From Macrostomum lignano (taxonomy: Eukaryota), in NCBI GenBank assembly GCA_002269645.1, contig NIVC01003583.1, forward strand, positions 25,592 to 89,591: DNA of 64,000 nt, read 5' to 3'. Positions 1-11,483 of the stretch are shown in pieces (position 1 is the stretch's first letter; the number at the start of each line of letters is the position of its first letter). A model generated the notes under the pieces. It made no database searches and was not told where the DNA came from. It worked only from the letters and a program-made list of their open reading frames with translations. A program made the position numbers and the translations under genes.

Positions 1-210
1 CGGTTGTAACAACCTGTGATTTTAACTAGACATGTCTCCTCTGCAGCTGTTCACTGTCTTAAACTCTGTTGAATCGCAAGTGCTCCTTCGAATCCAACAA
101 GAAACGCATGAAAACAAAAAGCAAAAAAGATTTTCACTACTGCATCGCGCTACACGCGCAAACCAGTTGTCTGCAGAAAAACAAAGCCAACTCCAAGTCA
201 CTCACTCGAG

Positions 211-3200
211 TCACTCGGAAAACTCGGACGAGACGCACCGTTCGACGCCTTTCGCTCCCTGCAGAGCCCGCGCCGCCTGCTCCGCTCCGAAGACCTCCGA
301 CGGAACCCGCGGTCGGCTGCGGTCGCTCGGGTAGCGACAGTCGTCCACCATGGCGCCCGCCAGGTCGGCAACGTGACCGGCCAGGCTGCTCTGCAGGTCG
401 CTGCTCGAGACGCAGCTCAGATGCTGGCTCAGCTGGTGGCTGCGCTCGATGGGCTGACCCTGTCTCAGCAGCAATGCCTTCAGCGCCTTCTCAGTAGCCT
501 GCCAGCTGATGTAGCAGGCCCAGTTGTACTCTCCGGCCTCAGCCAATCGGGATGCCGAGCGCAGGTCGTGCCGCGCCGTCTTCAGTACCTCGTCGCATCT
601 TCACGCGACGGTCTGGAGAAGTTCGCGCCACCTGAACTGCAGAAAAAGCTGGCAGAACCGCCGCCTCTCGAACTGCCAGACCGGCCAGGGTAGCGGAAAG
701 CGCAGCCACCGCCGCCGCCGCCACCGCTCCAGCCTCCTCTTGATCGCATGGTGACGACAACTTCCTCTGCGATGCGAATCTGCCGGTACCTGGTAACCCG
801 AGTTGTCTGCTCGCGCCATCCACCAATGCACTGATCGAACTGTCGGGTCCATACATGATTAGCAGCGCGAGTTCGCACCTGGTTGAATGACTCATCCGAG
901 TTCGAGTAGTGAGCCAGTATGCGCTGAAAAATCTGATGCTGCTGCTTTGTCGGCAGGGAAGCTGCGCTGCTCAGCAGATGATCCACCGTTGTTGCAACGT
1001 CCTCACCATTATTTTGGTTAGCTTGGGCGAAAGACCGCTCTTCAAAGGAGAAAAGCGCAGACATTGAAACTCTTAGTTTTGAGCCTCCACCGAATTCAAT
1101 AGTAAACTCGCTAGTCCACGGGTTATCGCTGCCACCAGGGTGTCTTTCCACTACCCGAGCGTAAACAAGTCTTCCATCGCCATTTCTGTAAGCCACAATT
1201 CGGTTCACAATGTCCCTTGGTCTATCCGGCAGTTGCTTCAGTATACACTGCTCAAACTCCGGTACAGGTTCACCGAGCATTGAGTCATCGGTTGCGCTTG
1301 GCTCTGCAAAATGCTGCTCACTGGTCTGGTGCAGTGCAATTCCTAGTCCGTGCAGAACGGCTAGCATGCTGTCTGGACTGTCCATAAGAAGCACCTGAAT
1401 TAAACAACTTTTCTGCTCTGGCAAAATGTTGACACCGTTATTCAAAACCTGCATTATAATTTTGATAAATTCCATCTGCCACAGCTGCCTTCGGTCACCG
1501 CTCATCTCGTCCGGAATCGTAGAGTGATTCATGAGAATCCGCTGCCCATCCAGAAAGAAGTTCTTGTCCTGCCCCGAGTCCTGATGCTCGACACCATCCA
1601 GAAGCAGGCACGTACGCAACTCGGAAAGACACACAACCGAGAAGCGAGATATCAGAGATTTCACTGCAGCCAGTCGCTCGTCTCCTTTGCCAGAAAGATC
1701 CTTGTTGCCATGCAGCATGATGCTTACGATGCACAGGTGCAGCACTGGGTGGCTCAACTTAGCTTGCAGACCGAGTAGGGACTCACAGCGCTCACCATCG
1801 CTGCACAACTTATTGGTGTCTGAAAGCAGCCTCTCGCTTACGTTGTCGCTCAGTTTCTTCAGGCCCATGTCGGCTGCGAGATGAAAGTACAGCCTCTGAA
1901 GCTTGTCAGTGCCCAGCTTGCAGAAGCTCAGATCAAGGAACTCTACATCCTGTGCGTCCACCAATCGATTGTTGTGCACCTCTGAGTCGTTGATGGTCAG
2001 ACACCTGCAGTCTACCAGTTCGAAAGCGGCTTCCGTGCTGCTGTCTTGATGCTGACTTCTTTTAGGCAGGAAGAGCACTCTGTCGGACTGGAACTGGAGC
2101 CTGCCGCCCCGCTCCAGCAGCACTATGATACTCGATAGACAGTGCGAAACTGAGTTCAGCTGCTCTGCACGAAGCGAGCCTTGCTGCTCATTCCGAATCA
2201 GTTCCAATGCAAGTCGAAGTTGCTCGATTGTGGCAGACTTTGTAGCTCCCAGTTTTGCAAACAGCTTGCGGAACTGTGAAAATTCTTGAGGACACTCGTA
2301 GATGTAAGGCAGAATAGCAGAGTTTTTATCGTGAGTAATTCTGCTAGCTGATATAAAAAATGATTTACATGTATAGCCTTCGGTTTTGATTAGCACACAC
2401 GGAATATCTTTCAGAAATTTAATTGACTGAAATGCCGTAAAAAGCATAATGGTACTCAGCCTTGAGTACACGGAATTCATGACATGACTTCTCAGTGCTG
2501 CAACTTCGCTTCGAAGATCAGCTGACGTGAAGGTCGCTGCAGAGAAAAGGTTGACAACGTGGCGCAGAAAAATGGCATCAGAAACTGGCATCGCTGAGCT
2601 TGCAAAGCAGCTGCCCTGGCCAACACAGCTCGGTCCGTAGGGCACGGCCGTCCAGCAGAGGAAGCGAGCCTCGAACAGGGCGCACTGGGACAGACTCGCC
2701 ATTCGAAGTCGTTCGCTCTGACAAAGCCTCTGAAGAGCGCCGTCACTGTTGGCTACAATAAATTGAATTCCTGCCAGTTGTCGGACTACATGTTCGGTTA
2801 TCTCTTTGCGGAATTTATAGCTGTCGATAAACTTGATCAGAGCTTCCGATTTCTTAGATAATTCATCTGTGATACCACTGGCTCCTTCTGTTTGCAGCTC
2901 ACTGGCGAAGCTGATGGCAATTGCGGCCGTGCATTCCAAGATTAGACCGGAAAATTTCATCAGCGTTCTCCATCGCTCTTCATTGTACGGCGTTGGCAAG
3001 AAAAATTGTGGCTGAAGTAGCTTCTGAAAAATGTTTACTCTGCTATCATAAAACGTGTTGACGCTCCGCCATTGTCCGTCAAACGGAATGAGTTTGGCTG
3101 TGCTGAGAGACTGACTGAGCATTTGAAACTTGTCAGGGTCCTCCACTTGAACTCTTTCGAACTTCCAGCTCAGCTTTAGAAGTTTTTCGAGATGCTTTTT

Positions 3201-6200
3201 TCGAGTGTTGTCGGTGAATTTGGAGAACAATGGCAGGATAAACCTGGCATAAACCTCAAGCTCTGCCATCTCGTCGCATTGAAGCTTTTCGTACAGCATC
3301 GTGAGAGACCAGTTTGCCTTCAAGAAGATGACCCGGCTGGAGCTCTTCCACTCGTCCATCTCGTCGGCCACGAGCGATGCCGGCAAGATGCAGGCCTGTT
3401 CAGAGTTGAGAGCGCAGCAACGACCGTCAGATGTGACAAACACCGGTAATTGACGCACTCTTGCAAGGAGGTTCTGCTCTCCCATTCTCTTACTTAGCTC
3501 TCCCCAGTTGCTCTGAATGTACACCAAAAAGCTCACAGCTTGCTTCTCAGTGGTCGCAGATCTCTCAGCGTTCTCATTTAGAGCGAACTCCATCACTCTC
3601 AGCATGGACTCGGGCTGTCTGACGTTGCCACACAGACTGCCGACCAGCTTCAAGCCCATCCTGCTGAGCGAGGGAGCGTTGAGTTGCTGCAGAGACTCCT
3701 CGACTGCTTTGCTGCAGTCATCGAGACCGAATCTGATTGGCTCATAAATACAGGGCGCCAGTGAGAGGCTTGCAAAGCGAGACTGGCTGACAGGAATCAG
3801 ATGTGCGCTGCCCAGTCCTGAAGAGGATAACGTTTGCATTGGTGCATTCTTATTAGTGCATTTGTTGTCTAGAAACTCCCACACTCGATTCAACCATTGT
3901 TCGAGAAACTCGGCTTCAGTACTAAACTCCCAATTCGATACGTAGTCAGTACGAGACATGCAGACTGCGGCATGCTCTCTGTGCAAAAGAGTGCGAAAAT
4001 CCATCAGCTGAAACTTTTTACACAACTGTCCCTGGCATAGATTGATTTTCTTCTTCAGATCGAGCTGAAGTGAAACTTTCTTGTGCACAAACTCGTGCTT
4101 TGCTTCGCTGTGTGAAAACAAGTCGTGGAATTGAGTGAGAAACAGAGGCGTCGATCCATTGCCAAACTCAGTGAGTCGGTTACCGGCTCCTAAATTCAAG
4201 GGCACTCCGATGAGATGCTGCACCTCGTCTTGTAGTTCATCAAGCAGATATGCGAGCAGGCTTCAACGGCTTCTGGGGTTTGAAATGATGTCGCGCTCAC
4301 ATCACTCGGCAACGAATCTCGAAGTCGCTTGCACGCTGGACCCCTGAGAAATGCGCAAATGGACACAGCATCAGCCAAAGGGGTGAATTCCAGCTGGGTC
4401 GACTCAAGCGACTGACGAAGGCCTATATAATCCGGGACCATGATGGGAAATCGCAGTTTACTCAGAACGTTCTGAAGATACTCGGTCAAATTGTTCGGAG
4501 TCAGGAATGCAGCACTACCGCTGACATCACCTGAGCTCTGTGCTAGCGGCAACCACTTCTGCTGTTTTTCAATTACAGAGTGCACAGGGAAGATTGCCCA
4601 CCGAAATCGAAAGGCGTTTTGGAAGACAAGCTTTGCAAGCTGGCCCCACAGCGTCTGATTGCTTGCGTGGTACTCTGGAAGAAGGCTGTAGAAGTGGTGT
4701 ACGCTCTGCACATTCGGATAAACTGCTTTTGCTGCTTCGAGTAGACTGCCGTAGCAGTCAGGCAGAAGCTGAGTGGCCAGCACTTGGTTCCATTGCTCCT
4801 TGACATCTACAGCTCCATCAGCCTTCCACAGAGATCTGCGCGATGGGTCCATAATGAAGTGACCATTCACGTGTACAGGAAGTGCAGTCGTCACAGGCAA
4901 TGGCAGCAGACAGTAGACGTGACCTTCTATCTGACATGCTTTAGTTATGGAGATATGAGCGGCGACTCCGGTCTTTGGCAGAAGACGCCACTTTCCGGAG
5001 GCCACTTGCTGCTGCAGCTGTGCGGGCATGTTGTCCAGTCGACCTCCGAGTTTTTGGAAAACGAGCCATCTTTGCTTGAAATTGGTGCCAGTCCCGCTTA
5101 CCTTGAGTTCGTAGGTGATCGAGCTGATTGGAATGCGGCTTAACTGAGCTCCCCTGCTCCGCAGATGCTGACTGGCGGTTCCGCACGCCTCCTTGAAGTA
5201 ATCGAAGCAACCTGATACAGTTTCAACTTCCAACTTGGCTGCAAAAACTGTTGTGAACTTGTTGTCAGCCGATACTTCGGAGAGTTGCACTTCACGGATA
5301 TTCAAGAGAAACAAGGCAGTTCGCCCAAGTTCATTCTTGAATTCGTCGAATAGATGCTTGATGTTATCAGCACTGATGGAGCGTTTGCATATTCTAGATT
5401 TTTTAGCTGAGCTCACCGTTCTCAATGGCAGTCGAAACACGGTTCCTCCCGTTTGCGGCAAGCTCTCAGGACAGTACCCCGCAAATACGTCACGAAAAGT
5501 ATCTTTCATACGCTGCACGTTCTGGAACATACCCCCTGGAGAAGCCAAAGTAGCACCAGGCATGTACCTGCAGTGCGGATCCATCACGCAGAAAATCTTT
5601 CTATCGGACAGAAACGAGGGCGCATCCGTGATGTTGTACACACAATTGAACCCGATGCCGTACTGTCCAGCTTTCCATGCGTCGTCTCGCTTGGACCCGA
5701 GACCGAGGTTCTGGATGCCTTCGATGTCCGCATCGGAAAATGTCGAGTCGTTGTAGACGAGAAGCGCGGGTCCCTGCAGCTCCTTCCAGCTGTCACTCAG
5801 CACTTTCTCGGTCCCGTGATGCCGACGATCGATGATGAAGCTGATCTTTGATGCCCCAGCATCATCTGCATTCTGAATGAGTTCCTTGAAAAGCTCGATT
5901 CCAAGCGGGTATCCGGAAATGATGTTCTGCAGTCTGGTTGTGAGGTCCTCGTGTTGGCCGAAAGGCAGAGGCTGCATCGCTTGAGCCAGCATGCTTTCTC
6001 TCTGGTTTGGAATTCCAAGCTTCTGGCACAGCCCAAAGGAGATGTTCTCGTGGCAGAAGAAGGTCTCATTTGGTAGTTGCACAGATTTCATCCAAGGCAG
6101 GTTGTTAAAGCACAATTGCGTGCAGGGTCTCAGAATGCGGCTGTGGTCGGGTGCGAGCAAGCTCTCAGTCGCCAAGGCTTCATCCTGACGGCCGATCTGA

Positions 6201-9144
6201 TCGAGTATTTTAAGGCTCAAATCTAAATCGCCAAGCGTTAGTGGTTCCGAGGAGTAACGCTGAGAAAGAAGTTTAAGCACACCTGCATAGTGCGATGCTG
6301 TGAACTTTTGATTGACTCCGGCTGCCTTGAAGAAGCTGTCGCACTGGATGCCGCTTAGTTCGGAAGGCAAAACATGAAGAAATGGCTCGAATCCCGCATC
6401 AGATCTCGACAGACTTACTTGAGCAGACCTTATGAATCCTTTCGGGGACCAAATAATGTTCGGAGTCTGTTTCACCATGCTAAGGACGCTATTCGCATTG
6501 AGATAACCGGAAGAGATTTGGGCACTGAGGTGTCGATAAACGCACCGACTCACTCGCAGAGTTTCTTCATTGCCAGCTCGGGTCAGAGCTACCAGCTGCT
6601 GCCAAGCCACCTCATTGGCAACGTAACTCACGTTCAAACTCCGATTTGAGCCAAAAGATCTTGTCTCTTTGATGAGGCAACATCACGCAGCACCGTCTCG
6701 TCCAAAATAAGCTGCGATGCGGATACAAGATCTTTGCAGCTGGCATCAAACAGCTGACTAGGCTGGAAAAGTTGCGTTTTTGGATACTGATCAGCTCGCC
6801 AGACAAGGCAACTGTCGTTAGCTTTCTTCAAGGCAGGTAGAAATGCTACGTTTCTCAGCTGACCAATCGGCTGGTTTGAAAACCGAGAACGGAACGAATC
6901 CAAGTACGAAAGCAGCAACACCGTGCGCTCGGTTCTCTGAGGCTCGGAGAGCGCAGCAACTGACTGGGCGCGACTCAGCAACTCGGCCCAACTGAGATCC
7001 GCGCGGAGCCCGACTGAGCGGAGCGCTCTCAGCCGATCCGGTGTCTGCATGTCCTTGTGAGGAAACACGCTTACGTTCATTTCGAACAGCCTCGCAGCCT
7101 GACAGCTGGTGTCCAGAAGCTGTAGAGGCTGACACAGGGCGTTTCCAACGTTAGGAATGCAGCAGGACTGCTTTAACAAATTTAAAACGTTTTGAGTTAC
7201 AATTCTAGAAGCGGAGCTCCAGTCTGCATTGCCTCCACCACTGATAACATCCAGCATGAATTTCAGCACTCTAAAGCAGTCCTCAGAGTAGCCTGACTGC
7301 CACAGGCGAGACATGTTCGGCACCAACTTAAGCAGCAGTGTCTCGCCCGACCATTGACGCTGCAGAATCTTGTTCGTCAGTCCCAGCTGCTCCACAGTTC
7401 GTCGAACTCCATCGGTCAACGATGCGACACCTTCGTGCTGACCCACGAGTTTCGTGGCGAGTCGACTCAAACAATCTGAAATCCCAGCCAGTGACAGGAT
7501 GCTGGGATCCAGAAACACTGTGTGACCAAAACTCTTCCACCCAGCTGATGTGTGAAAGATTGGCGCCTGACCGTCAAGCATGGAAGCGTAGAACTTCTCA
7601 ATAAGCGGCCTCCACACAGACTGAGTAGCTCTGTCGAATCGAGGCCACAGCTCTTGCGAAATCTCTGCATTCACCAAAGAGATTCCACTTAGAATCTTCA
7701 GAGCGTCAATGTAGGCAGGACAAATGACGTCTGTGAGCAGCACTCGGTTCCACTCGCCGAGACTCCACACGCCCTGCTTCTCGTCGACCGTGACCTCGTT
7801 GAGGTGTCGTCGGCTCGAGGTGACGGAGAAGCTCGCGTTCAGCATCACTGGGAATGGATTTTCGACAGGCAGCGGTAGGAAGCAGAACAGCAGCGAGGCC
7901 GGCTGTGTGTCACGTGAAAGAGGCACGATCCTGTGAGACTGCTCGACGGGCAGCGCCACAGCTCCCACAGGCGCCAGTCCGAGACGACGCTGCTCCAACG
8001 CGACAGCGAGCGACTGCCCAGTACCGACAGCAGCGCATACGAGCCACACTCTGGTGGAGGCGACTGTGCTGATCTGGAACTGATCTTGAGTTGAGTCTCC
8101 AAGATGAACCTCAACCCCGACAGTCGCTTGACAGCGATGTGCTTGATTTTGTCCTGGCCGTCCTTGAGTAGCAGATTCGATCAGAGCTTCGGCTACCTTG
8201 AGAATAGAGCTCTGAGCAGCGAACTCTTGATCCGCTTGTGACATTCCTGATATTGGTAGCGGTGGCAGTGCAATGGCATGTCGCTGGAAATATTTGAGAG
8301 GGCTCTTGTGAACGCAGAACACGAGTTGAGTTTGATTTGAAGGATCGGTCGCATTGGACGGCAGGAACAGACACCGGAATGTTCGCACTGTCTGGGTGAA
8401 CAGAAGCATAGCATCGGCTTGCTCTGCAGTGAGTCTCAACAAGCCACGAATCTCCGAGTCAGAGTACACGCGATCGCAGATCTTCGACTTCGCTGCCTGA
8501 GCCTCAGTGCGTAGCGGAAGACGCAGCAGCGTGCCGGCGAAGTTTCCTTCATCTGCTTGCAGATTGCAGCCTGAGACCCCAGCGAACGGTGCAAACTGGT
8601 TGGCGTACCGATCCAGCAGACTCGGCTGTGCTTAAAAGTCGAGCTCAACTCCAGTGTCCCTGTCCCCGTGACTCGCGTACACCGCCTCCAAGTAGCCCTC
8701 GCCCCTGCGCTCACCGTGCGGGTCGAGGATCAGCATTCGGTGCCGACTGAGGATCTGCGGCACGTCAGTCAGGTTGTACACCGAGTTGAAGCCCAGACCG
8801 AAGCGACCGACCTTGGCCGTCTTCTCCAGCTTGGTGGCTCCGCTCAGCTTCAGGATGTTGTCGAAGTCCTCGTCGCTGAAGGTGGCGTTGTTGAAGGCCC
8901 ACAGCGTCCGTCCCTGACAGTCGGCCATCGCCGGGTCGAGCAGCGACTCGGAGCCGCGCCAGTCGGAGTTCTCGCGACAGTCGTAGAGCAGCGTGACCTC
9001 GGTGGCGCCCGCGTCGTAAGCGTTCTGCAGCAGCTCCTTGGGCACCGCCAGACCGTCAGAGTACTCGTCGAGCAGTCGTTTGAGTCGTCGGGTGAACGGC
9101 TCAGACTGGCCGCGCAGACGCAGGCCGTCGGAGGTCTGGGCCAT
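211..9144 (-). pseudogene. SACS: Sacsin-like gene copy 1 (two sacsin repeats, J-like segment, HEPN; ~2,980 codons if repaired), disrupted
   Basis: ORFs 8632-9144, 6634-8469, 4196-6637, 582-4223 and 211-546 join into one protein. It carries GQSEPFTRRL..KELLQNAYDAGA..GRFGLGFNSVYNLTD, GQHEDLTTRL..KELIQNADDAGA..GQYGIGFNCVYNITD and a C-terminal WQATEKALKA..SHQL..RYP. Lesions versus the other copies: in-frame TAA at 8632-8634 (CAA in copies 2 and 3) and 1-bp deletions near 6637, 4263 and 585. Confidence 0.85.
214..610 (-). other. HEPN domain of sacsin-like copy 1 (equivalents ~16313-16710 and ~35560-35960)
   Basis: ARYLKTARHD(V/L)RSA.RLAEAGEYNWACYISWQATEKALKALLLRQG..SHQL..DCRYP matches the HEPN (pfam05168-type) pattern found at the sacsin C-terminus. 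Confidence 0.85.
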
Positions 9145-9219
9145 TCTGGAGGCCTGTGTGTAGGATTTTTAAGGGGCTTGAACTGTGATTGAAGTACATG
9201 AAAATGCATGACTTGCATG
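9145..9219 (-). promoter_or_regulatory. Conserved 5' leader immediately upstream of the sacsin ATG, with an AG acceptor-like site
   Basis: About 75 bp (plus strand ..TGATTGAAGTACATGA.A.TGCATGACTTG) is shared by all three copies (also ~25239-25305 and ~44482-44555). The minus strand reads ..CCTACACACAG|GCCTCCAGAATG in copy 1. Confidence 0.45.
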
Positions 9220-9240
9220 AGTTGCTTACATGGCAGACAG

Positions 9241-10369
9241 ACTGACTGACTGACTGACTGACTGACTGACTGACTGACTGACTGACTGACTGACTGACTG
9301 ACTGACTGACTGACTGACTGACTGACTGACTGACTGACTGACTGACTGACTGACTGACTGACTGACTGACTGACTGACTGACTGACTGACTGACTGACTG
9401 ACTGACTGACTGACTGACTGACTGACTGACTGACTGACTGACTGACTGACTGACTGACTGACTGACTGACTGACTGACTGACTGACTGACTGACTGACTG
9501 ACTGACTGACTGACTGACTGACTGACTGACTGACTGACTGACTGACTGACTGACTGACTGACTGACTGACTGACTGACTGACTGACTGACTGACTGACTG
9601 ACTGACTGACTGACTGACTGACTGACTGACTGACTGACTGACTGACTGACTGACTGACTGACTGACTGACTGACTGACTGACTGACTGACTGACTGACTG
9701 ACTGACTGACTGACTGACTGACTGACTGACTGACTGACTGACTGACTGACTGACTGACTGACTGACTGACTGACTGACTGACTGACTGACTGACTGACTG
9801 ACTGACTGACTGACTGACTGACTGACTGACTGACTGACTGACTGACTGACTGACTGACTGACTGACTGACTGACTGACTGACTGACTGACTGACTGACTG
9901 ACTGACTGACTGACTGACTGACTGACTGACTGACTGACTGACTGACTGACTGACTGACTGACTGACTGACTGACTGACTGACTGACTGACTGACTGACTG
10001 ACTGACTGACTGACTGACTGACTGACTGACTGACTGACTGACTGACTGACTGACTGACTGACTGACTGACTGACTGACTGACTGACTGACTGACTGACTG
10101 ACTGACTGACTGACTGACTGACTGACTGACTGACTGACTGACTGACTGACTGACTGACTGACTGACTGACTGACTGACTGACTGACTGACTGACTGACTG
10201 ACTGACTGACTGACTGACTGACTGACTGACTGACTGACTGACTGACTGACTGACTGACTGACTGACTGACTGACTGACTGACTGACTGACTGACTGACTG
10301 ACTGACTGACTGACTGACTGACTGACTGACTGACTGACTGACTGACTGACTGACTGACTGACTGACTGA
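9241..10369. repeat. Perfect (ACTG)n microsatellite, ~282 units
   Basis: Uninterrupted tetranucleotide run, read directly. Confidence 0.99.
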
Positions 10370-10431
10370 TGAGATATTGGGCGAGAAGGAAAGGAAGTAA
10401 AAGAAGACTACACAATCTCTCTCAAAGCAGA

Positions 10432-11190
10432 CTCTTAGTCTCTCACACAGCACAGAAACCAGCGTGACTATCAACAGCAAACAGACACGCAGATATGTCC
10501 AAAAAGTTGATTAATTCTAGAAGCACAGCTTTATTTATTAGCAGAAATCGTGAAATTTAGCTGAATAAATGTTCCTACCTTTTCAACTAAAGAACCTTAG
10601 AAAACACTTGATGGAATTATTTTCTTTCTCTGAAGAAGTTTCACGTCGAGGTACTTACTTACAGAATCGGCTTTAGTGCACTGTGTATAAAATTAAAATA
10701 CTTTTTGAGATGATATTTCCAAGAAATGCACTGCACATCAAGACGTTTCAATGTACGCAAATTTCGTACAAAGTGTCTAGTCTAAAAATAGAGAATAATA
10801 AATAATTACGCTCGCACCAACTCTGTACAAGCCCCAGCCCCTGCCAACAGTTCGAAGGGATCGAAAAATAGTCTTGATAAATGGGCCTACAGGCAGTGTG
10901 GTCGTGGGTCTGAATCTCTACATGAACGTGAACGTGATCGAATGACATGTACATTGCTATGTACTCCCAAACCGAAAACTGTAGGCATATAAAATTCTCA
11001 TCCTTTTTCTGGTGTTGTTCCGCTCACTCATGTCATTCCCCAGAACGGGGTAGGGCTCAGGCACTATACATTTGCATGCATACTGTCGCTTCCTAACGAG
11101 ATGCGCCATTTCCAGGAAATTCACTGTACATTTACAATTTTGAATGCACAAGAATTTCTTGGAAATTTTAACCGAATTCACTGCAGAGCT
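10432..11190. repeat. Satellite-flanking conserved block, copy A (homologues ~28680-29380 and ~50420-51095)
   Basis: Shared motifs in all three places: ACCAGCGT.A.TAT..ACA..CACGCAGA.ATG.CCAAAA and TACTGTCGC.TTCC.AACGAGAT..CATTTCCAGGAAATTCAC.GT.CA. Confidence 0.8.
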
Positions 11191-11483
11191 TAGAAGAGGA
11201 GCCGGGGGCCTCCTGAGCCTGTCTGTCCAATTGCTAGTGAGACAAATAATCTTCTAGGAAATGAACTAGCACTTGAAGCTAAATTTAGCAGCAGGCTAAG
11301 AGGCTAAGAGAGAAGTCGGAGAGAGATGAGAGTGAGAGAGAGAGTTGACCGAGGCGAGAGCAAGGCTACATTTAAAAGTAATAAAAACTGGACCTCAGTT
11401 ATCGATAGTGCAACTACTATACTGTACGAACCGCTCAAAATACACACAACAAGCACAAAAATGCTCGTAAATCGGTCCAATGG

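Noticed and set aside
9010-9025. NADDA>NAYDA in copy 1 as a catalytic knockout or equivalent of a human disease allele
   Set aside because: The changed residue is the variable position of the GHKL N-x-x-D motif; Asn and the second Asp are retained, and the FSDEDF motif is intact.
8850-10480. Long (SVSQ)n ORFs of 521 and 459 aa
   Set aside because: Translation of the stop-free (CAGT)n strand; no independent coding signal.
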